Shown: positions 1 through 12,633 of the stretch, in pieces
Layout of the letters: every line of letters starts with the position of its first letter
Numbering within the stretch: position 1 is the stretch's first letter
Assembly: GCF_006345805.1 (NCBI RefSeq)
Contig: NC_042997.1
Coordinates: forward strand, 57,908,001 to 57,972,000
Direction: 5' to 3'
DNA: 64,000 bases
Source of the DNA: Octopus sinensis
Lineage: Eukaryota
Program-made: the position numbers and the translations under genes
The notes under the pieces: generated by a model
What the model was told of the DNA's origin: nothing
Database searches by the model: none
The model's input: only the letters and a program-made list of their open reading frames with translations

Positions 1-2518
1 AGTACGACTGTTAGCTCACACGGACAGGGCAAATAAAAAAATAACAAAAATACAGATTATTTTGGGACAATTGTTTCGCTATTAATGAATTAATGTAATA
101 TTACTTACAAAAAATCCATTGTAGCTCGTCAGCCAAGACTATCTGGATGAAATCCACTCAATCACACGCCAGATTTTACCATAACGATAAATACGCGTGT
201 GGTTCAATTGATTACATCCGACGTTATAATTCAAATGCCCCAACCAACAGCGCGCCAAACTTTCACGGAAAACAAATACAGCATTTAGAAATAAATGCAG
301 CATAATTATAATTAATTAATAAGGGTGAGAGAATTAGATACTAATTTAATAGTATATTTATTCAACACCAAGTGGCCTAGTGCTACGAGAAACTGGATTA
401 TTATAATATTTTATAACATATATAATATTTTTACAAAATAAATATAAGAGAGTGGTCACTATATGCTCACTCTAGCACCAGTTAATCCAAAAGGTTTCAA
501 CCACGAAAATACATGTTTCCCATGAAAGTTAGTACGACTGTTAGCTCACACGGACAGGGCAAATAAAAAAATAACAAAAATACAGATTATTTTGGGACAA
601 TTGTTTCGCTATTAATGAATTAAATGTAATATTACTTACAAAAAATCCATTTGTAGCTCGTCAGCCAAGACTATCTGGATGAAATCCACTCAATCACACG
701 CCAGATTTTACCATAACGATAAATACGCGTGTGGTTCAATTGATTACATCCGACGTTATAATTCAAATGCCCCAACCAACAGCGCGCCAAACTTTCACGG
801 AAAACAAATACAGCATTTAGAAATAAATGCAGCATAATTATAATTAATTAATAAGGGTGAGAGAATTAGATACTAATTTAATAGTATATTTATTCAACAC
901 CAAGTGGCCTAGTGATACGAGAAACCTGGATTATTATAATATTTTATAACATATTATAATATTTTTACAAAATAAATATAAGAGAGTGGTCACTATATTG
1001 CTCACTCTAGCAATTAGTATCTAATTCTCTCACCCTTATTAATTAATTATAATTATGCTGCATTTATTTCTAAATGCTGTATTTGTTTTCCGTGAAAGTT
1101 TGGCGCGCTGTTGGTTGGGGCATTTGAATTATAACGTCGGATGTAATCAATTGAACCACACGCGTATTTATCGTTATGGTAAAATCTGGCGTGTGATTGA
1201 GTGGATTTCATCCAGATAGTCTTGGCTGACGAGCTACAAATGGATTTTTTGTAAGTAATATTACATTTAATTCATTAATAGCGAAACAATTGTCCCAAAA
1301 TAATCTGTATTTTTGTTATTTTTTTATTTGCCCTGTCCGTGTGAGCTAACAGTCGTACTAACTTTCATGGAAACATGTATTTTCGTGGTTGAAACCTTTT
1401 GGATTACTGGTGCTAGAGTGAGCAATATAGTGACCACTCTCTTATATTTATTTTGTAAAAATATTATAATATGTTATAAAATATTATAATAATCCAGGTT
1501 TCTCGTAGCACTAGGCCACTTGGTGTTGAATAATATACTATTAAATTAGTATCTAATTCTCTCACCCTTATTAATTAATTATAATTATGCTGCATTTATT
1601 TCTAAATGCTGTATTGTTTTCCGTGAAAGTTTGGCGCGCTGTTGGTTGGGGCATTTGAATTATAACGTCGGATGTAATCAATTGAACCACACGCGTATTT
1701 ATCGTTATGGTAAAATCTGGCGTGTGATTGAGTGGATTTCATCCAGATAGTCTTGGCTGACGAGCTACAAATGGATTTTTTGTAAGTAATATTACATTTA
1801 ATTCATTAATAGCGAAACAATTGTCCCAAAATAATCTGTATTTTTGTTATTTTTTTATTTGCCCTGTCCGTGTGAGCTAACAGTCGTACTAACTTTCATG
1901 GAAACATGTATTTTCGTGGTTGAAACCTTTTGGATTAACTGGTGCTAGAGTGAGCAATATAGTGACCACTCTCTTATATTTATTTTGTAAAAATATTATA
2001 ATATGTTATAAAATATTATAATAATCCAGGTTTCTCGTAGCACTAGGCCACTTGGTGTTGAATAAATATACTATTAAATTAGTATCTAATTCTCTCACCC
2101 TTATTATTAATTATAATTATGCTGCTGCATTTATTTCTAAATGCTGTATTTGTTTTCCGTGAAAGTTGGCGCGCTGTTGGTTGGGGCATTTGAATTATAA
2201 CGTCGGATGTAATCAATTGAACCACACGCGTATTTTCGTTATGGTAAAATCTGGCGTGTGATTGAGTGGATTTCATCCAGATAGTCTTGGCTGACGAGCT
2301 ACAAATGGATTTTTTGTAAGTAATATTACATTTAATTCATTAATAGCGAAACAATTGTCCCAAAATAATCTGTATTTTTGTTATTTTTTTATTTGCCCTG
2401 TCCGTGTGAGCTAACAGTCGTACTAACTTTCATGGGAACATGTATTTTCGTGGTTGAAACCTTTTGGATTAACTGGTGCTAGAGTGAGCAATATAGTGAC
2501 CACTCTCTTATATTTATT

Positions 2519-2520
<2 letters not shown>
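1..2520. repeat. ~530-bp tandem satellite; about 2 forward copies (1-1012), then about 2.8 reverse-complement copies (1013-2520)
   Basis: agtacgactgttagctcac recurs at 1 and 531; attagtatctaattctctcacc (reverse complement of unit positions ~323-345) recurs at 1013, 1545 and 2078; the array ends in (TA)n at 2520. Confidence 0.95.
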
Positions 2521-2551
<31 letters not shown>

Positions 2552-2559
2552 GACATGCA

Positions 2560-3751
2560 GGAAGTAAATAGACACCTTTAATTTTCAAAATCTTTTATTT
2601 AATACGCAAAGCGAACAATTGAAATGTAATCGATAGGTAGGACTACATACTTCGGTATTTTGTTGACATTCCCTTTGCAGTTTTTAATTCAGAAACTCTT
2701 TTTGGCATTGAACTGATGAGCGTTGTGATTATCTATTGTGGAATTTCTGCCCACTTTTCACGCAACAATCGAAACAATTCATCTGCCGAGTTTTTCGTGT
2801 AGCTCTATCTAGTATGCTCCAAAGATTTTCAATTGAGTTCATGTCAGGAGATTGGACCGGCCAAGGAAGCTTTTTGGTCCCATTTTCAGTCGTCCATTCT
2901 TGATTTCTTTCCATTAATAAAAACTCATTTTTCATTGTTATCGTGTGAATGCATCGGAAGTAGTCCTTACTTAAGTATTTCGATGTATTTTTCAGAGTTT
3001 ATGGTTCCGACTCATTCGATCAGCTCAGAACGACCATTGCTGTTGACAGCTTCCCATACCATTACAGAGATACCATCATGTTTCACAGTTGGTTGGAGTC
3101 GTTTCAAATCAAATTCTTGATTGGTAAGCCTCCAGACCCAAACATGTCCATTGTCTGAAAATAATGCAAATCTGGATCCATCTGAGAAAATCACTCTATC
3201 CCAAAATGAACTGGATTTTTCTGACATCTCAGCCCATTTCTTTCTTTTCATGATATTAATTGGTTGAAGGAGAGGTTTTCTTCTAGCTGCTCATCCATAA
3301 CACCCAAGCTTATGCAGATATGTAACACACGTTCTTGGACTAACTTCTAGCTGTTTTGCAATGTCAGACGCCTTCGTTTTCCTCAATTCTCTTCAAACAG
3401 TGAAGCTTCCTTTCTGAAGGCCCAGGTCGGCCGGGATGAGAATCTGTTGATTCTTTTCCTTGGTTTTTAATTTGCACTATAATTCTATAAACAGTAGCAA
3501 GAGGAATTTGAAGATTTTCGGCAATTTTTCGCTGGCTAAGATCAACTTCAGATTGTCCAACAATACGACCTCTTTGAAAATCTGACAGTTCTGCTGAATT
3601 TTTTGTACATGGCATGGTTACGTTTTGCAAATGTTTAATATAATGGCACCAAGAATGAAAAAGAATAATTACATTGTAAATTCTACACCGCTGAAAACAT
3701 TAGGACGCTTAGATCAGAAATTTTGAAAATTAAAGGTGTCTATTTACTTCC
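2560..3751 (-). mobile_element. Decayed Tc1-family DNA transposon
   Basis: 32-bp inverted repeats (ggaagtaaatagacacctttaattttcaaaat at 2560 and its reverse complement ending 3751). Broken minus-strand ORFs give a paired-like HTH ([12 protein letters not shown], 3364-3630), VIFSDGSRF...[13 protein letters not shown] (3012-3251) and WPVQSPDMNSIENLW (2729-2935). Confidence 0.93.
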
Positions 3752-3796
3752 GTTGGCGATTTTTTTCTCCGTCTTCCCTTCTTTGGACTTTTTCTA

Positions 3797-3833
3797 TATT
3801 TCTGATGAAGAGCTCCGCTCGAAACGTGAAATA
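3797..3833 (+). ncRNA. Minimal type I hammerhead-ribozyme-like motif (degenerate cleavage triplet)
   Basis: TATTT-CTGATGA-A-GAGC(TCC)GCTC-GAAA-CGT-G-AAATA: conserved core CUGAUGA/GAAA, 4-bp stem II, 5-bp stem I and a palindromic ACGU stem III. N17 is G, which violates the NUH rule. Confidence 0.65.
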
Positions 3834-3839
3834 CTCTTT

Positions 3840-4641
3840 CAACTGATTCTGATGAAACTTGACACACACATAGCCCAATGTCATAATTCAAAACTAACGC
3901 AGCGAAAATTTTGAAAAGTTCCCCCAGTTCTGAAAAAAATTGATAAATTCGACATGGGGTCGAGAATCTAAGCTTATCATATGCAACACATTTTCCGTTG
4001 TAGTTTTCGCAACTTGCAATCGATTTTCACCAAACTCATGGTGAAGCTTAATGTTACCCTAAGGAACTTAATTCTGTCGTTAGTTTTCCATGCAATACCT
4101 TACCATCAGAAAAAATCGATAAAATCATGACATTTTGGGAAATCGCATTCAAATTCAAGATGACATATTTTCGACAATATCTTTAACAAATTGGCAGGAA
4201 TTTTTTTTGAAATTCACAGCGAGCATTATGTCTGCTCCAAGGAGCTATATGGCCCTTTTGATTCCAATAGGATACGTTATCACTGGAAAAAATCGGTTAA
4301 TTACATCATATGTGGCACACATAGCAAACCGATTTTTCTGCGATATTTTATGAAAGTTCACATAGATTTTCCCTACACCGATGTTGGACATCAAGTTTGC
4401 ATTAAATGTCAAGCTAACGACCTTTTGTCAATGCAGTTAACAAAACCAGAAAATGCACTTTGACTGTCATAGATTTTCTTCATGCATGCAAGGGAATGGT
4501 GCCTTGACTGCCTTAATGCCTTTTAGGCTTCATTTTACAAAATAACGGTTCAATGAGTACAAAAAAGGGTAAAAAGGTAAAGGGCATTGCTTATCGACAA
4601 AGTTTCTTACATACTCGGGCAACGCCGGGCTATGCTGCTAG
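3840..4641 (+). mobile_element. Non-autonomous Helitron-like element (3' end well defined, 5' end approximate)
   Basis: Subterminal GC hairpin cgggcaacgccggg followed by ...CTAG|T at 4638-4642, the canonical Helitron 3' end. Confidence 0.65.
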
Positions 4642-4879
4642 TATTATTTTATTTGCATAGTTTCACATGTTCACACTTTTATCGCCTCCTTCAAGTTATT
4701 CTGCATTTGAAGCAATGCATCGGTCGAGGCACGTTTCCCACTGTTCAAAGCAGAGCTGGAACTCTTGTGAGGTGATGCCGTTTTTACGCCTCCGTCATTT
4801 TTTATTCACTTCTTTCACATCAGCAAATACGTTTTCCTTTAAGTACTTTTTTCATTTGGGGGAATAAAAAAAAAAAAAA

Positions 4880-5353
4880 CAGTTGCAGAGAGCAAGATCG
4901 GGATTATGCTACTTTTGGTCAAAAACTTCCGTGAGCAAGTGAGGAACAAATTTTGTCGCAACTCTTTTCAATCGCAATTCTTCGCTTAAAATTCTTTGGC
5001 AAGCGCTCCAGGACACACCAGTCATATCAACAAGTTTGTCAATTGTTCGGCGACAGCTCCCCAAGATCAATTCGTGAATTTTCGTGACGCTTTCATTTGT
5101 TCGAGAGGTCAACGGTCGCTCTGAATAAGGCTGGTCTTCAAGCGACAAGTGACCATTCCTAAAGCGAGAAAAACCACTTGTAAACTCGTGTTTTGCTGAT
5201 GGCAGCGGCCTTGTAAGCTATTTGAAGCATAACAACTGTTCCGGCCACCGTTTTCCCTAGCAGAAAACAGAATTTCATGGAAGTGGTTTCAAGCGGCGGA
5301 AATCTGAACTACATCTCAGAGAACGTTTCCACTAACTTTTTGGTACCCCCTCG
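4880..5353 (-). mobile_element. Mariner transposase 5' fragment with TIR
   Basis: ORF 4909-5148 reads LEDQPYSERP...ILSEELRLKRVATKFVPHLLT (mariner GRP-like and WVPH-like motifs); the terminus reads TACGAGGGGGTACC on the minus strand at 5341-5355. Confidence 0.88.
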
Positions 5354-6149
5354 TATATATGTGTGCCTGCGCGCACGCATGTATTTATAAATGTGTGCAT
5401 GTATATACATATGTATATTATATATTGTAGGTATTTGTATATGACTATGCATTTCTATATATATATTTACTCACACACAAATAAACACACATTCTATGCA
5501 CGTACATATTTGCATATGTAAATCATCTTGCCCATAAATGTGTTCTGCTGTGTTTAGCTTGTCTATGTGTATCGTCTACTGAAAATAAGGTTGGACAATT
5601 GCCACACCGATGACACCTATTCAAGCAGAAACGCGTATTCAGACTAGTCGTTTTGTCTTCAGGCAATCAGATTGTGTTTTCTTGTTTTCTTTAATGGCAT
5701 GTTAACTTTTGGAGAAATGTTGGTTCTTAATGTTATCTCAGTTTCTCATTTGGAAATGGTACCAATTGGTATCAAGTGATTGGTCTATCCACACTGGAAT
5801 CAGAGATTATTTCCATTAATGAAGTATGTATCTGGTAAGTTATTTAACTTACTCATTCGTTTTTGCTGTTCAAATACATGCCACTGGCTACTCCATTTTC
5901 GTTCCATCTATATCGTTAGTGGATCATATATCCAAAAATGAAGTACACTCTAAAAGTTAGAGCAGTAATGCATTTACGTGCAGTTAAATATATGTCTGGT
6001 CATAGAGTGACCAATGGTTTCGCATCCATGAAGCGCTCAGCTTTATAGGCGACTCGTCAGACTCCAATGGCTGCGGGCATATAACCGCTCTTCACACTGG
6101 TACACACACACACACACACACACACACAGGCTTTGGGTAAAAGAAAATA

Positions 6150-6230
6150 CCGGAGGATCAATTAATTATAATTTTATTAAACATATTCCCCACCTCAGAT
6201 CAACACATTTATTGTAATTGTTCTTCAGTT
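6150..6230 (-). mobile_element. Tiny mariner 3'-end remnant
   Basis: The minus strand resembles the mariner C-terminus KCVDL.GEYV* (aaatgtgttgatctgaggtggggaatatgtttaa). Confidence 0.5.
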
Positions 6231-6751
6231 TTTCTAAGCCTTTTAATTTTTCTTCAATACATTATAAATTTGAGGACGATTTTTTTTGTAAGTGTGTACA
6301 GGAGTTGAAAAATTGATTTAACCATGATATTCTGTCAATCTGAAGAGCTAGCCTTCTATATCTGCATTGGTTTGTAAAATGTACAATAGTACTATGCAAT
6401 TTATAGCACACATACTTGTGCTATAAATTGCATAATTCATTATATACTAAAATAAGCTATTTTTGCATAATGTTGGCTGCGAAACGGCTGTCACCCTATG
6501 GATATCAACTGGTGAAATAAATATGTTCATCTCATACCTCCTAACTTTCGTAATATTCTATAAATTTTCAGTGATTGGATTTACTGGATTTCAACTACAT
6601 AGGACTCTACCTTACACTCCTACGTATTAGTTTACTATGTGGGGTGTAGCCGGCCCCACTAAAGGAGCCTTTTTTGTGGTTACCATTGGATTATACAAAT
6701 CTATATATTGTACATTAAATGTATGCATGTATGTATGTATGTTTCTATGTA

Positions 6752-6795
<44 letters not shown>

Positions 6796-8482
6796 CTTCC
6801 ATATATTTACGTGTACAAGTGTAGGTGTGTGTGAGTGTCTATTTGTGAGTGCATGTGTGTATGTATGTATGTACGCATGATATATGTATACCTTTTTGAG
6901 TATGCATAATATATGTATATATAATTATTAATTTATTCAACCTCATCTCTGAGAAATATGTGTGCTTAATCCTATGCTGCATTCCGTTAAATCACCTTGA
7001 AATTAGAATTCAACCTTTCAATTCTTACTAGGTCAGACACCTAAGCCCAACATATCTTTTTTAAAAAGGCTTTCTCCAGTTGCATTAAGTTGTACCTTAG
7101 CAAACCATTGTATTATTAACTATACCCATCATACTCAAGTCTATAATCAGATTAATTACGATAATGACGTGTAAATTACTACAAATAGCTTTTGATTAGT
7201 GTTGTTAACGTTTTCATGACAGTAATTGAAATGTTAAATACCTCTTTAATCTCATGTTGGAGTCGAAATAATTACCTGTGTAGATTCTGCTTTGAAATAA
7301 AATATTTCGTTTTATTATCAACAACGTTTTTATCATTATTGTGATTGTTGTCGCTGCTGCCCTAAATATTCTGATTTAGGCTCGTTGGAGTCAAATTTGC
7401 CGTACACTTCACCCTGTTGATATATCAAATACTGAAACAACACCGGAATACATTCCATTAACAACATCGTTTCGATGTTACTTTAGCGTGCCGTCTATCG
7501 CTATGTCTGTATTTTACGCAGTGAAATAATCTGATTTGCGCTAGGATTATGATTAGGGTGTAAGGTCAGGATCAGTGGCGTAGCTAATAGGGGAGCAGGG
7601 GGAACGACCTTCCCTGAGCAAATTTTTCAAAATTAGCGCCTTTTCAACAATTGCTAAAAAATCTTTACTTATGTATATCAGTAGTTGTAAGTTTCATACA
7701 AAATCACATTGTTACTGAAATATGAAATTAATGAATGTAGAATACAATTACATATATTGTAACTAATGAAATATTTCACGTAATATAAGAGAACTGGGCT
7801 AAAAATTACTTGCTATGTGTCACAGCGCCTTTTTTTTTTCATGTACTCGTTCACCTTAACTTTAGGATCTGGCTAGCTTCTGGGGTTTTTTTTTTTTTAT
7901 CGTTACAGTTTAGGATTAGGTTTAGAGCTGGGTTAAGGTTAGACTGTACACTAAAGTGTAAATGGCCAAATAAACACTCGCTAAAGTGACACCTTTATTT
8001 CTCTTACTTTACAAACATTGACTTCGAGTCCAGATGTGACAATTGTGGAGAGTCTTGAACTCTCATCATCTGGTTTCGATTCCAATTTAGTGCCATTTCA
8101 TTTCGCTGTATCTCTAATGCTTCTAACCTCATAACTTTTTAACCACTTTTCCACCAAGGTAATTCAAACTTTATGCGTTTGTACACACGCATATATGCAT
8201 GTGCGTATATCAGTATAGGCATTAAGCGAAACTATTGCTGTCATTCAGTATCAAGGATGACTTAGTACCTGCTTGTACTATGCTTGCGCCTATTGTTTTA
8301 GGAGTCCATATTGACGCGAGCGGTCAAAGACTCCCCCACTTTTCGTCCTCCCGCCATTGACCCAGTGGAACGTCCAGGATCCGACAGCCGGAAGGAGAAA
8401 GAATTATACCAGAGCTCGGTTGGTACATTCTTTATCGATCTCCGAAAGAATAAACGACAAAAGCTGACCTTAGTGAGATTTG

Positions 8483-9156
8483 GGATCTTTTCCTTTTGAA
8501 CGGCACATGTCAATACAATTTCTAGTTAACTAAACACTTTAAAACTTCGTATACTGGTAGAATGTGTCAAAATAAAACATTTTTTTTCTCTTGGCTTTCT
8601 TGAGAAAATTGTAATTCGTTTGTTTAACGTAGTTTAATTTTTCGAATTTTAACCAATGAATCGCCTCTAGTGAGCTATAATCACTTGCTGCGTCCAAAAC
8701 TGAGACAACATCCTGTAACTAACCCTAACCCTCACCCTCACTTTTTTTTCTTAATTGTTAAATTAATTTAATTACGGAAAGCGTGTGTTTAAAATTATAG
8801 AATTCTTTTGTTTGTTAATTGTTTAAATTATTTTCCATTGCTTTCGTTTTTTTTTCTTAATTGTTATCCTTAAATTAATTTAACAATTAAGAAAAAAAAA
8901 CGAGGTTAGAGTTAGGGTTAGTGACAGGATGTTGTCTCAGTTTTAGACGCAGCAAATGATTTTAGCTCAATTAGATGCAATTGATTGGTTAAAATTCGAA
9001 AAATTAAACTACGTTAAACAAACGAATTACAATTTTCTCAAGAAAGCCAAGAGAAAAAATGTTTTATTTAGACACATTCTACCAGTATACGAAGTTTTAA
9101 AGTGTTTAGTTAACTAGAAATTGTGTTGACATGTGCCGTTCAAAAGGAAAAGATCC
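8483..9156. mobile_element. Fold-back MITE with ~250-bp inverted arms and an 8-bp TSD
   Basis: Ends GGATCTTTTCC...GGAAAAGATCC; GAGATTTG directly flanks both ends (8475-8482, 9157-9164); the arms are near-identical; the inner arm ends carry TAACCC/GGGTTA repeats. Confidence 0.92.
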
Positions 9157-9624
9157 GAGATTTGTAGACAGAACACAGAGAGCGGAACAAATATCGACGT
9201 TTTAACGACTCTGGTAATTGAATACCTCACATAGATATCAGTAACTGATTCCAACAGATTCACAAAACCAGAAATTTGGTGGAGATGACTAGTAAATTAA
9301 ATATGCCCAAGTACTTGGCTGGTATTTTATTAAAGTGATTCTGACAGGATGGAAAAAATATATTAACCTCGGTAGGATTCGAGCCCATAATATAAATCGA
9401 AAGAAATACCGCATATTGTCACTTGTGCCTCTTATTATTCTGCCAAAATACAATCTCATGTAGGTGAGACATAATAATACATAAAGTAATGCGAACGATG
9501 GAACATTTTAACAAAACATTTATATTTGAAATATACACTTAATATATTTTTCTGGACATATAGTATTGTTTCTGGTAAAAACAACAACAAAAAGTGAAAC
9601 CAAACAAAAAAAAAGAAAACGTAT

Positions 9625-10250
9625 AAGCGCAGGCATGCGTCTATGCTTAAGAGGCGCAGGCGCGTCTCACTTTGCAACTACGTGGTTTCGGGTCCAGTCT
9701 CACTGTACAGTACCTTGGGCAAGTGTTCTCTATCATAGTCTATAGTCTTAGGCCAACCTGTGTCTTGTGAGTGAGTTTGGTAGTGGCCAGCTGGCAGAAT
9801 CGTTAGCACGCTGGACGAAATGCTTAGCGGTATTGCGTCTGTCGTTGTGTTCTGAGTTCAAATTCCGCCAAGGTCGACTTTGCCTTTCATCCTTTCAAGG
9901 TCGATAAATTAAGTACCAGTTACGCACTGGGGTCGATGTAATCGACTTAATCCGTTTGTCCCCTCTATGTTTAGCCCCTTGAGGGCAATAAAGAAACTGA
10001 TATATATATGTGTGTGTATGTGGGGTGTCTTTGTATATATGTTTGCCACCCACTACTACTTGACAACCAATGTTGATTTGCTGTCGTACTCATGACTTAG
10101 CGGTTCGGCAAAAAAACCCGACAGAATAAGTATAAGACTTAAAAAAAAATAAGTACTGGATTCTATTTATTCAACTATGCCTTTCAAGGTAGTGCCCCAG
10201 TATGGCCACAGTCCACTGGCTGAAACAAGTAAAAGATAAAAGATAAAAAT
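9625..10250 (+). mobile_element. Nested tRNA-derived SINEs (CORE-like copy interrupted by a Meta-domain-like copy at ~9780-9995)
   Basis: ccttgggcaagtg CORE-like motif; gtcgactttgcctttcatcctttc..gtcgataaattaagtaccag block; gaaacaagtaaaaga tail. Confidence 0.8.
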
Positions 10251-10402
10251 TATACACATTTAGTAGGTTTGGTCATTAAATCGCTGTTGGTATTATACAA
10301 AATTAGGTAGGCTGCGTCTGAAGGTACTACCACACTAATACTTATATAGCTTTCCATATTTTTTACTATTCGGAACATTTGCATCTACATGAGACTTCGT
10401 GG

Positions 10403-10607
10403 TTAGGCTGGACTGATCTGGTAGATAAAGTTGACGTACTGTTTAGTGGTGATGTAGAAGCAGCCGTTGGTCTGTTGGTCGTATGCTTGTCTATACAGCA
10501 TGATGTAGACAGGCGTCTGATAGAGAAAATGAAAGCGGAAACTGGCTGGTGTCAGAACATCATTGCGGGAGACGAGTTGCGTGTGGTCTGTGGCGCGTGC
10601 CAAAGAC
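10403..10607 (-). CDS. Probable terminal coding exon of an unidentified gene
   Basis: Acceptor ttctcaactgttctAG at 10608-10609; 67 codons SLARATDHTQLVSRNDVLTPASFRFHFLYQTPVYIMLYRQAYDQQTNGCFYITTKQYVNFIYQISPA*; many C-ending codons and an in-phase open antisense frame, typical of biased coding DNA; unique sequence. Confidence 0.6.
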
Positions 10608-12585
10608 CTAGAACAGTTGAGAACTGTCGTTCTTATAGAGAATAGTGGGCTCCTAGAAGCTGGTGATTAATTTCTTGCGTACGGAAAAATAAACTGTTGC
10701 GCCAACGCAACTGGACAGCTGGAAGCCAACCAATTCAAACAACAGGTTCGTTTAATCACGAGGTCATGTGACCGCTGGAATGAAAAGGCCTTGAGGAGCC
10801 GATACTTGGGTAAAGCCTAGATGTGTCAAAATGAAAATACCTCACACAATGAAAGTGTAAATCACTTCTGCTACAACTGCATACACTAATTTAGCTATTT
10901 ATGTGAAAATCGTTAATGGTTATTAAAGACAGAATAAGTAAAAAGAGTGAAAACACCAGTAGTGAGGTTATGACAAAAGACTTGTCAGTTTATATACACT
11001 ATTTATTACTACATCAGTACAAGGCTTCTTGCCATACAGGCAACGTCAATCTTATATGAACATCGCGTTTTACAGGAGCTGGAGATCTACAGAAATTTGA
11101 TAATTAGACTGATTTTTCACAACGATGCATATTCACGAGGTTGTGTTGATTCTTCATCCAACTCCGGGTTGAGTATAGAGCTGTGAAAATAGCTATTAGA
11201 TAACTCACGCTGGGTTGAGTATGGAGAGTGAAAAACAGCTATTAGCGAGAGAGAAATTCACCCTGGACCGTAACCAACGGGGTCCCGATTCATTTTGCTT
11301 TTTTTTCGCGCCAATAATGCTGTATTTAAAGCCTCCGTTCATAGAAAGTTCTAGTGATTATAACGTGAACAAAAAGTTCTGATTGGCTGAAATGGGGTCT
11401 GCATGCATAATAAACTCGTTATTCACATATAGTCGAAAATGGGGTAGAAATCAAATGTTTTACAACTTATCACAAAACTGCCCGATAAAGTTCTGTGTAG
11501 CACCTGAGGGTGTTCTGATTGGGAGTTGAATATCCCAACTTTTTATAGCATTTGGTTAAGCTTCTAGAATTTTCGACAGATCTATTTGACGGGAAAATTC
11601 ACCGAACCTACTTTCAAGTCTAAAGTTTATTCGGTTTGTCACGAGTTAAGCTGGTTAATGAAAATATATTTCTTTGGTTGCGTGAATAATTGAAGCACAT
11701 TCGCTGACATTCAGCTAAAATATTTATTGTTGGACATAAAGATATTTGATGTTCTTTAAATACAATGAATAACATAAATATTTGCTGACTGGGATATAAA
11801 GAAAAACAAGAATAGAGGCACATGTCGTTCAGCCGGTTTCAACATTCTGCGATTAACAGCGGCAAAACGTTTTTCTATAGGGTACGAGAAGAACATTCGA
11901 GAAAACTATATCACGCAGCAGTTTCACGCTTAGTCGATTAATAGACTGATCACATGAAAGTATGGTGGTTTATTTGTGTTGTCTGACCGATTATCTATCG
12001 GTTAGGGTTTAGAACCACCACTACAGGTAACATACCAACCGATCTGACAAGTCGAATCATGTTTACATAGGTGTTAATGCCATTTATGGCGACACGATAA
12101 ATTTATCGTAGCTGGCGTAATCTAAGTGGTATAAATCAATATATAGGAATGCTATTTTTTTATTGTAATATTACTATTAGTCTGAATATGCTTGAGGCAC
12201 TGAGTTGGTACAGAAAATATATCCCGTTTATTGACAAATGATGTGTATACATCTAGATAAGCTCACAGCACCACCTACCTAGACTGGGAGATGAAAGCAT
12301 TTCGGTGTAGTTATCTCCTCTTCGGCCGCAGATACCAGGCAGGCAGCGTTACGAGTTGGTTGAAGAGACAATTTTACTTGTCACTGCTTAGTGCTCCTCT
12401 CCTGAAAGTTATTTTTTGAATATTTAGAATGTCTGACTGTATCTCAAAATGATGCAGTGATATCTACACATACTGTATGTATGCTGTATTTATATAATAA
12501 AAACCGTTGAATCTATGTCGGACTCATACATATGAACATATGCACACGCGCACACACATTTATGTATGTATGTATGTATGTATGT

Positions 12586-12633
<48 letters not shown>

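Noticed and set aside
2079-2276. 65-aa ORF in the satellite
   Set aside because: It is open in only one copy, because of indels; no protein motif.
7330-8100. Possible minus-strand exons (…STIVTSGLEVNVCK| and |YLIYQQGEVYGKFDSNEPKSEYLGQQRQQSQ*)
   Set aside because: The phases fit, but the upstream acceptor is weak and there is no homology I can name; not distinguishable from chance.
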